NCBI GenBank assembly: GCA_964448875.1
Contig: CAYUXV010000042.1
Coordinates: 1-43,602, forward strand
DNA: 43,602 bases
From: an uncultured Verrucomicrobiota bacterium
GTDB lineage: Bacteria > Verrucomicrobiota > Verrucomicrobiia > Limisphaerales > UBA1100
Direction: 5' to 3'
Part shown: piece after piece, positions 37,449 through 43,602 of the stretch
Layout: the number at the start of each line of letters is the position of its first letter
How positions within the stretch are numbered: position 1 is the first letter of the stretch
The notes under the pieces: model-generated
Seen by the model: the letters and a program-made list of their open reading frames with translations, nothing else
What the model was told of the DNA's origin: nothing
Database searches by the model: none
Position numbers and translations under genes: made by a program

Positions 37449-38102
37449 ATGGGTTCACGTACACAGGGTTTTAAGTTGGCGCGAAATCGAATGGTGGATG
37501 AACAAATATGTCCGCCCATGCGTGGTATAAAAAATCCAGACGTGCTTGAGGTGATGCGGCAGGTGCCGCGTCATGAATTTGTTCCCGAGAATGTCCGTCA
37601 TGAATCGTATAATGATACCGCACTCCCTATTGGCTGCGGCCAAACAATTTCGCAGCCGTTTATTGTTGCGCTCATGACAGAGCAAATTTTATGCGGGCAG
37701 GATCATCGCGTGTTGGAAATTGGCACTGGGTCAGGCTATCAGGCGGCTATATTGTCTTTTTTGGCAAAAAATGTTTACAGCATTGAGATAGTTGACGAAT
37801 TGGCTGCGAAGGCGAGTAACCGCCTAAAGCAACTCGGTATTTTTAATGTACACATTAAAAATGGAGATGGATTTGCTGGTTGGCCCGAAGAGTCACCATT
37901 TGATTCCATTATTGTCACCTGTGCGCCCGAAGATCTTCCTCTAGCTTTGGTTAATCAGTTAAAAGAAGGCGGGCGGGTGATTATTCCTGTGGGGTCTCGC
38001 GAGCATCAACAATTATATCTTATTGAAAAGAAGAACGGGCAGGTGAGGCAAAAGGCCGTGCTGCCCGTTCGTTTTGTGCCGATGGTTAGTCGGAGACAGT
38101 GA
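37449..38102 (+). CDS. pcm: protein-L-isoaspartate O-methyltransferase
   Basis: Contains VPRHEFVP, GQTISQPFIVALM and VLEIGTGSGYQAAIL motifs. Confidence 0.9.
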   Translation: MGSRTQGFKLARNRMVDEQICPPMRGIKNPDVLEVMRQVPRHEFVPENVRHESYNDTALPIGCGQTISQPFIVALMTEQILCGQDHRVLEIGTGSGYQAAILSFLAKNVYSIEIVDELAAKASNRLKQLGIFNVHIKNGDGFAGWPEESPFDSIIVTCAPEDLPLALVNQLKEGGRVIIPVGSREHQQLYLIEKKNGQVRQKAVLPVRFVPMVSRRQ

Positions 38103-38107
38103 TTAAC

Positions 38108-40441
38108 TTAACGACGCCGACTCCACCGCCATGGACGTGTTAATCGTAGTTGCCCTCGTATTTGGCCTTGGTCGCCGCCCCATCCGTCAATTGCAATATT
38201 ATAAGTACGCCCGCTAATTGCCCAGAAACGTACTGCGCTGGTTAGGTTTCCGCCGCTATCATCATCACGTGAAATGCGTCGCAGTCTGTTTAGACCGTTG
38301 CCACGATAGACTGCCATGATGGTGTCAAAGTCGCTTCCTCTAGTATTTAAGTAAACAATCCCTGAGAAGGGAGCCGTCCACTCAAACCAAACTGAGCATT
38401 TTGGTTTCCAAAAATAATGATGAGGCTCGCGTTGTTCTGCCGTGGCTCCATAGTTATTATGACCCCAGAGTGTTGCTGTTGATCCTCTGATTTCAAACCG
38501 GTTCTCGTAATTGTCATTTAATGGGACATGAAGCACGTCTAAATCTACGGTGGCTCTGGCTGATTCCTTGTCTGATGCAGAAGCGGTAATATCAATCGAT
38601 ATCTTATTGATGGTGCGATCATTAGTTACCTCGAATGAGGAGGTGTAGATGCCATCATTGGAAATAATATCGGGGCCGTCACCATCATCACTGAAAACGA
38701 GATCGGTGTCTCCTGCTGAGCCGTAAACATTTGCACCCGTAACAGGAACGACATCTGTGACACGCACAAAAAGGAGTGCGCTTTGCCCGCCTTTAAGAGG
38801 GTCTTTAGATGAGGTGATAGTGATTTCGAGTTCGCCATCACCGCCTCCTTGAAGCGCGTTGAAGGTATTCAGTAGACCTCCGGAGACTGTATTTCCGTCT
38901 AGGGATTCCAGAAGTTTGCTTGTGTTAAGGAGCCGATCTTTTAGTTGATTTACTGTTAGGTCCGGATCGTCTGAAAGCATTAAGGCAGCGGAACCACTTA
39001 CATGCGGTGCAGCCATGCTGGTGCCGCTCCAGAATGAATATGACGTATCAGAATTGGCTGTGCATGAAAAGATTGATACTCCTGGAGCTCCGAGGTCTAC
39101 GCTTCCTTGCCCATAGTTTGACCATGATGCGAGTTGTCCGCGGTTGTTTACCGCTGCCACTGAAATAATATTATCGAGGTCAAACGCGGATGGGGTATGC
39201 GGAAAAGTGTCTGTGTTTAGGCCTGAATTTCCAGCGGCGCAAACAATTATAATGCCGGCGTCACGCGCGTCTTTCATCACGTCATACAGAGCCTGGCTGT
39301 TTCCGAAGCTACCCCAGCTGCAGTTAAGAATTCGCGCCCCATTTGAAACTGCAAAATTTATGCTTCTAACAGCACCACTCATGTATCCATTGCCGTTTTG
39401 ATCGAGAAATTTGCAGGCCATCAATTTAACCTTCCAGGCTACACCTACATGAACATTTCCGTCATTTGCATTTGCTCCAATTGTGCCGGCTACATGTGTT
39501 CCATGACCGTTATCATCAAATGGATCGCCATCATCATTTATTGCATCCATCCCATAGATATTATCTATAAAACCATCGTTATCATCGTCCACATCATTAT
39601 CTGCAACTTCATCTGTGTTGATCCATAAATTCGATTTTAGATCGGCATGAGTGGCTCGAATACCTGTGTCAATAACTGCGACTGTTACATTATGAGAACC
39701 GGTCGTGGTGCCCCAGGCTTTCAAGGCGTCTATATCTATTCCAGAAATTCCGCTCATTTGCCCAGTGTTGTGTAAGCCCCATAGCCAACCGTTGGACAGT
39801 GCCTCGTCATTTGGCTCTGTGTCTTCAGTGCTCAACACATAATCCGGCTCGGCAAACCTGAACAAACCTGATGTTTGTAATATTTTTGCTTGTTTGACAA
39901 CGGCTACACCAGAATCTGGACCTCTATGAGGAGCAGGAGTTTGTATGATTGCTATACCGTTCTCCTGAGTTGGGTCATTAAGTAGTTCCATTTGGTTTTC
40001 ATTCAGGAATTGCTGAATTTCTCCAACATTAGTATCAGAATCGAGCCTTGCGATGACCCTGTCAGGATGCGCTGCAAAGCCATTAACTATAACGTGGCCG
40101 ATAGGGAGACGTGGGACAACTGGATCGACTCCATCGCTGAGGATTTTTTGGATATTATCTGAGAGCCCCTGATCCCCATTGAATTTTATTATATCATGTC
40201 CCGATTCAGATTTGAAATGTGTCTTTGGCTTATTATTATCATTGTTGTATGAGTTGTTACGGCGTCCAAGGTGCCAGTGATGTCCATGTTTTAGCTTGGT
40301 AAAACCACGATATTTTTTGGTCGATTCTTTAGATGGATCAGATTTCCCTGGGGGTGTGCCAAGCCATACAAGTGTTAACATTATCAGGAAGAAGGCCGCT
40401 AATATAAGCGGTCGGGAAGAACGTTGTTTCATAGTACTCAC
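38108..40441 (-). CDS. secreted S8 family serine protease (subtilase) with C-terminal beta-domains
   Basis: N-terminal signal/anchor (RPLILAAFFLIMLTLVWLG). Catalytic triad contexts VAVIDTGI, HGTHVAGTIGA and GTSMAAPHVSG. The C-terminal 300 aa or so are non-catalytic domains. Confidence 0.88.
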   Translation of the reverse strand: MSTMKQRSSRPLILAAFFLIMLTLVWLGTPPGKSDPSKESTKKYRGFTKLKHGHHWHLGRRNNSYNNDNNKPKTHFKSESGHDIIKFNGDQGLSDNIQKILSDGVDPVVPRLPIGHVIVNGFAAHPDRVIARLDSDTNVGEIQQFLNENQMELLNDPTQENGIAIIQTPAPHRGPDSGVAVVKQAKILQTSGLFRFAEPDYVLSTEDTEPNDEALSNGWLWGLHNTGQMSGISGIDIDALKAWGTTTGSHNVTVAVIDTGIRATHADLKSNLWINTDEVADNDVDDDNDGFIDNIYGMDAINDDGDPFDDNGHGTHVAGTIGANANDGNVHVGVAWKVKLMACKFLDQNGNGYMSGAVRSINFAVSNGARILNCSWGSFGNSQALYDVMKDARDAGIIIVCAAGNSGLNTDTFPHTPSAFDLDNIISVAAVNNRGQLASWSNYGQGSVDLGAPGVSIFSCTANSDTSYSFWSGTSMAAPHVSGSAALMLSDDPDLTVNQLKDRLLNTSKLLESLDGNTVSGGLLNTFNALQGGGDGELEITITSSKDPLKGGQSALLFVRVTDVVPVTGANVYGSAGDTDLVFSDDGDGPDIISNDGIYTSSFEVTNDRTINKISIDITASASDKESARATVDLDVLHVPLNDNYENRFEIRGSTATLWGHNNYGATAEQREPHHYFWKPKCSVWFEWTAPFSGIVYLNTRGSDFDTIMAVYRGNGLNRLRRISRDDDSGGNLTSAVRFWAISGRTYNIAIDGWGGDQGQIRGQLRLTRPWRWSRRR

Positions 40442-40471
40442 TCCAGGTTTTGGCCTGGATTGCCTGAGAAT

Positions 40472-40488
40472 AGAGGTAACCTACCTCT
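40472..40488 (-). terminator. possible weak terminator hairpin downstream of guaA
   Basis: Perfect 7 bp stem AGAGGTA-acc-TACCTCT, 37 nt past the guaA stop. There is no clean U-tract on the minus strand, so it is weak. Confidence 0.2.
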
Positions 40489-40524
40489 GTATAGGTGAAT
40501 TGTCAATTTGGGGCGAGAGGTCTT

Positions 40525-42066
40525 TTATTCCCACTCGATTGTTGCCGGTGGTTTGCTGGATATATCCAAGCACACACGGTTTACGCCTTTGACCTCGTTG
40601 ATGATACGGTTGGAAAGATTATCCAAGAGATCGTGGGGCAGTTTCACCCAGTCAGCGGTCATGCCGTCCTGGCTTTCAACGGCACGCACGGCGATAGTGT
40701 AGTCATAGGTGCGCTCGTCTCCCATTACGCCGACACTGCGTATGGGCAATAGTACGGCGAAGCTCTGCCATATTTTATAATACAGGCCGCTGGCCTTCAT
40801 TGTTTCGACAACAATGGTGTCCGCATTCCGAAGTATTTCAAGGCGTTCGTGCGTTACTTCGCCGAGGATGCGGACCGCGAGTCCCGGGCCCGGGAATGGC
40901 TGTCGCCAGACAATCTCTTTAGGTAAGCCTAACTCAATGCCTAGCTGACGTACCTCATCCTTAAAAAGGCATCGCAATGGCTCGACGAGCTGGAACTTCA
41001 TATTCTTTGGGAGGCCGCCTACATTATGATGGCTCTTTATTAGGGCGGCTGGATTGCCCCCAATAGGTACAGACTCAATAACATCAGGGTAGAGGGTGCC
41101 TTGTGCGAGAAATTTCGCTTTGCCGGCGCGCTTGGTTGCTGACTGGAAAACATCAATAAAGGTTTTGCCAATGCGCTTGCGTTTGGTCTCTGGGTCTGTG
41201 ACTCCCTTGAGTTTTTTGAGGAAAAGGTCCGTGGCTTCCTCATAAATGAGTTTAATCTTAAAGTTCCGGCCAAAGACCTCGCGTACGACCTCAGCTTCGC
41301 GTGCGCGGAGTACGCCATTGTTTACGAAAATGCAGGTGAGTTGTTTGCCAATGGCGCGGTGAAGTAGCGCCGCGGCCACGCTGGAATCAACTCCGCCTGA
41401 CAGGCCAAGAATAACGTGTTCTTTGCCTACCTGGGTACGAATATCCTCTACAGCTTGGTCGATGTAACTGCGCATGTTCCATTTGCGCCCACAGCCGGCA
41501 ATTTTATGGACAAAGTTTCGGATGATCGCCATGCCGCGAGGTGTGTGCACGACCTCAGGATGAAATTGCAGGCCAAAAAAGTTTCGTTTTCGGTCTTCGA
41601 TGGCGGCATAAGGCGAATTCTCAGTAATGGCCACAGCCTTGAAATCGTTCGGAAGCTTGGTGAGCTTGTCGCCGTGTGAGTTCCAGACCTGTAGCTGACG
41701 CGGCAGTTTTTCAAAGAGTCGACAACGACTGCCTTTTACTCGCAAAGTGCCTTTTCCATATTCGCGTTTTTGACCAGCTTCAACTTTGCCATTGAGGTAT
41801 TTGGCCATTAGCTGAAGGCCGTAGCAAATGCCAAGTATTGGCATGCCAAGACCAAAAATCCCTCGGTCGGGCAGGGGGGCTTTGCGTGTGTAAACACTCT
41901 GCGGGCCACCCGAAAGAATGATGGCCTTTGGCTGGAGTGCAGCGATCTCTGCTGCGGATGTATCGTATTTTAGAATCGTTGAGTAGACCTTGCATTCGCG
42001 GATGCGGCGCGCGATCACCTGCGTATATTGCGAACCAAAATCCAGAATGACAATCTGCTCGCGCAT
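40525..42066 (-). CDS. guaA: glutamine-hydrolysing GMP synthase
   Basis: GATase-1 domain ([23 protein letters not shown]) plus the ATP-PPase SGGVDSSV and a C-terminal dimerisation domain ending PPATIEWE. Met at 42066 ([11 protein letters not shown]) matches the family. The track ORF extends to 42147. Confidence 0.92.
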   Translation of the reverse strand: MREQIVILDFGSQYTQVIARRIRECKVYSTILKYDTSAAEIAALQPKAIILSGGPQSVYTRKAPLPDRGIFGLGMPILGICYGLQLMAKYLNGKVEAGQKREYGKGTLRVKGSRCRLFEKLPRQLQVWNSHGDKLTKLPNDFKAVAITENSPYAAIEDRKRNFFGLQFHPEVVHTPRGMAIIRNFVHKIAGCGRKWNMRSYIDQAVEDIRTQVGKEHVILGLSGGVDSSVAAALLHRAIGKQLTCIFVNNGVLRAREAEVVREVFGRNFKIKLIYEEATDLFLKKLKGVTDPETKRKRIGKTFIDVFQSATKRAGKAKFLAQGTLYPDVIESVPIGGNPAALIKSHHNVGGLPKNMKFQLVEPLRCLFKDEVRQLGIELGLPKEIVWRQPFPGPGLAVRILGEVTHERLEILRNADTIVVETMKASGLYYKIWQSFAVLLPIRSVGVMGDERTYDYTIAVRAVESQDGMTADWVKLPHDLLDNLSNRIINEVKGVNRVCLDISSKPPATIEWE

Positions 42067-42175
42067 GAGAAAGCGGGGAGCCTGCCGCTGAGAATTCCCT
42101 TTGGCCAGTAAATTCAATTCACTGATTCCATGCATTGACTTGGACACCTTGTCCTTCTAACTTGGCGTCTGCCAA

Positions 42176-42910
42176 ATGCTTGAAGTAATTGAGAAACTGC
42201 TAATCCTCCGGGAAAGAGACAGAGTTATTCTGAAAACAGAGGCCGAATTGGAGGGCTTGGCAGCGGAGCGCGCTGCCACAGATACTCGGTCAGCCTCTGC
42301 TGAGCAGGCACATGAGGAAGGAAAGCAAAAGGCAAATGAAATCGAATCGAGCCGAAAGCTATTGGAGAATGAGGTTTCAACAAATGAAGAAGCGATTCTC
42401 AAATATGCCAATCAACAACTTGCTACCAAGAAGAACGACGAATATCAGGCTCTAGGCAAAGAGATGGCTCATTGTAAGAAGGTTATATCTGATCTCGAAG
42501 ACAAGGAACTTGAATTAATGATGCAGGCAGATGAGCAGGCCGAGACGGTGAAGGCGGCTCAAGCTGACCTTGATGCTGCCAATTCAGACAAGGCTACTGC
42601 TCATTCAGCTATTGATGAGCGCGAAGCAAATCTGAACTCACACCTTGATGAAACCCGAACATTGCGTGAAGAGGTTGCTGCACAGATCGATGAAGATGTA
42701 ATGGATCGTTATGAGCGGTTGTTGTCAAAAAAGGGACCCAGTGCAGTCTCAGGCATTGAGCACGCGGTCTGTGGCAATTGCCACATGAAACTCCCGCCGC
42801 AGGTGATCGTTGATTGCAAGCACGGTGAAAATGTTAACTACTGTCCTCATTGCGGTGTCATTATCTACTTCACATCGAACATGGTCCTTGAAGCGGCCGT
42901 TGATGACTAA
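42176..42910 (+). CDS. coiled-coil zinc-ribbon protein (COG1579 / DUF164-like)
   Basis: About 190 aa of heptad-rich, acidic coiled coil, followed by CGNCHMKLP...CPHCGVIIY, a C4 zinc ribbon. Confidence 0.75.
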   Translation: MLEVIEKLLILRERDRVILKTEAELEGLAAERAATDTRSASAEQAHEEGKQKANEIESSRKLLENEVSTNEEAILKYANQQLATKKNDEYQALGKEMAHCKKVISDLEDKELELMMQADEQAETVKAAQADLDAANSDKATAHSAIDEREANLNSHLDETRTLREEVAAQIDEDVMDRYERLLSKKGPSAVSGIEHAVCGNCHMKLPPQVIVDCKHGENVNYCPHCGVIIYFTSNMVLEAAVDD

Positions 42911-42932
42911 AGCCTGCCCCAAGAGGGCCTGC

Positions 42933-42961
42933 TTGAAATTTCGCATTTTCTCAATTATCAT
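42933..42961 (+). promoter_or_regulatory. candidate sigma70-type promoter for rnpB
   Basis: TTGAAA (42933-42938), a 17 nt spacer, then TATCAT (42956-42961). It lies about 8-12 nt upstream of the 5' strand of the RNase P P1 helix. Confidence 0.4.
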
Positions 42962-42969
42962 TCCAATTG

Positions 42970-43366
42970 AGCTTGGAAGGGTGGAGGATCGCTTTCAGTG
43001 TTGATTCACTGGGAGAGGAAAGTCCGAACACCACAGGGCGCGATGCCGCGTAACCCGGGGACCACTTCGGGATACATGCGGGCGGCGGTTTCGAGAGGGA
43101 TTGTCGACGGAAAGTGCCACAGAAAATAAACCGCCACGGCTTCGGCTGAGGCAAGGGTGAAAAGGTGGGGTAAGAGCCCACCGCACCGAGCGCAAGCGAG
43201 GCGGCACGGAAAACCCCATTGGGTGCAAGACCAAATAGGGGGCCAAGGGACGGTCCGTCCCGCGGTCGGAAACGACCAAGGCTCCGGGTTAGGTCGCAAA
43301 AGATAAATGATCCTCTCCGCTGGGCAACCGGCGCAGACAAAATTCGGCTTACAACCCTTCCAAGAT
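42970..43366 (+). ncRNA. rnpB: RNase P RNA, bacterial type A
   Basis: Universally conserved GAGGAAAGTCCGAAC (43015-43029), ACAGAAAA, GGTAAGAGCCCACC and AGACAAAATTCGGCTTACAA (43335-43354). An 11 bp P1 helix pairs CTTGGAAGGGT (42972-42982) with ACCCTTCCAAG (43354-43364). A T5 run follows at 43369-43373. Confidence 0.93.
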
Positions 43367-43394
43367 CATTTTTGGGGGAGGTGAAGACAAGACA

Positions 43395-43515
43395 GGCCAC
43401 CGGGCGCAACAAGGCAAACCCGGTGGCCCAAACCACCGCTAAAGAGCCAAGGGCTTGACCTTCAGCAGGGGGGTGCATTCGTCCTCACGGAGGACGTGGC
43501 TCTGCCACCCGGAGA
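43395..43515 (+). promoter_or_regulatory. structured GC-rich leader with mutually exclusive hairpins (unidentified riboswitch/attenuator candidate)
   Basis: GGCCACCGGG (43395-43404) pairs perfectly with CCCGGTGGCC (43419-43428). The same segment can instead pair as CGGTGG (43421-43426) with CCACCG (43433-43438). AGAGCC (43443-43448) pairs with GGCTCT (43498-43503), enclosing two hairpins. GCCACCCGG (43504-43512) abuts GGAGA. Confidence 0.35.
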
Positions 43516-43524
43516 CTATCTATC

Positions 43525-43602
43525 ATGGGTGATATGGGTCATGAATCAAATGTTGTTCACCCGTCACCATTGACGCCAGCCTTGGCGTGGTTATGGTCGG
43601 TG
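43525..43602 (+). CDS. possible 5' end of an unidentified CDS running off the window
   Basis: ATG at 43525 lies 9 nt after GGAGA, and 26 codons stay open to the window edge (MGDMGHESNVVHPSPLTPALAWLWSV). Too short to classify. Confidence 0.25.
   Translation, partial: MGDMGHESNVVHPSPLTPALAWLWSV

Noticed and set aside
42067-42147. N-terminal extensions suggested by the ORF track (guaA to 42147, M42 peptidase to 3340, tlyA to 15434, lipoprotein to 1521, DUF4212 to 34496, bioA from 30920, PHP from 9250, cdd to 6704, LacI to 13751)
   Set aside because: In each case an internal Met reproduces the conserved family N-terminus. It also removes implausible overlaps or restores promoter space.
45-43453. 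The 8-mer GCCAAGGG recurs in all three GC-rich structured regions (45-52, 43242-43249 inside rnpB, 43446-43453)
   Set aside because: I cannot evaluate its significance without genome-wide k-mer statistics. The flanks diverge after about 14 nt, so there is no evidence of a repeat family.
42951-43478. Minus-strand ORFs of 175, 97 and 94 aa, and a + ORF at 43219..43458
   Set aside because: They lie over the RNase P RNA gene and the adjacent GC-rich structured region. Open frames here are a by-product of GC-rich RNA sequence. The translations are Pro/Arg/Gly-rich and not protein-like.
43374-43524. Assigning the post-rnpB leader to the cobalamin, Mn (yybP-ykoY), TPP, glycine or guanidine riboswitch classes
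   Set aside because: The B12 box, the GGGGAGUAG/AAGACC pair and the other class-defining strings are not matched beyond short fragments (GGGGAGGTG, GGAGAC). Only a loose GEMM-I-like resemblance remains, and it is reported as unconfirmed.
1-43602. Scan for CRISPR arrays, IS/transposase or integrase genes, tRNA/rRNA genes, reverse transcriptases, toxin-antitoxin pairs and known defence-system signatures
   Set aside because: None found by eye. There are no regularly spaced direct repeats and no DDE, tyrosine-recombinase or RT motifs in any listed ORF. Gene order is dominated by conserved housekeeping functions.

Overview
This 43.6 kb window looks like ordinary core chromosome. Gene content (cytoplasmic sulfatase, TAT-signal Gfo/Idh/MocA oxidoreductase, GT9, S8 protease with a C-terminal beta-domain) suggests a PVC-type bacterium, probably Verrucomicrobiota; this is inference only. 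About 42 protein genes are densely packed, and many are translationally coupled through ATGA or TAATG overlaps. Recognisable functions:
- Proline synthesis and peptidases: proB, mazG, M42 and M29 peptidases.
- Nucleoside salvage: cdd, PNP.
- Housekeeping: MoeB/rhodanese, nusB, a PHP phosphoesterase, ftsY, ribD-ribE, a tlyA-nadK-lacI string, MidA-like methyltransferase, HemQ/Cld-family protein, HU/IHF, hisS, xylB-like kinase, hpf, miaB, GT9, pcm, guaA.
- Biotin: bioF-bioA, preceded by an amidohydrolase.
- Transport: a DUF4212 small subunit plus sodium:solute symporter pair.
- Secreted: an S8 protease.
- RNA: a COG1579 zinc-ribbon protein followed by a clear type-A RNase P RNA (rnpB).

I found no CRISPR array, transposase, integrase, tRNA, rRNA or recognisable defence genes. 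I cannot support a confident claim of a novel system.

The least ordinary region is 17.9-24.0 kb. It holds a signal-peptide-less sulfatase with an atypical C-A-S-S-R active-site motif, ATGA-coupled to a divergent Nramp-superfamily transporter. A second paralog of that transporter carries a CPxCG...CGxCG zinc-ribbon insertion. Both paralogs lack the canonical Nramp metal-binding motifs.

Two GC-rich, hairpin-dense non-coding stretches lie at the window edges. One is at the left edge (1-120). The other follows rnpB (43374-43524), where alternative pairings resemble a riboswitch or attenuator leader. Both need covariance-model searches that I cannot run.
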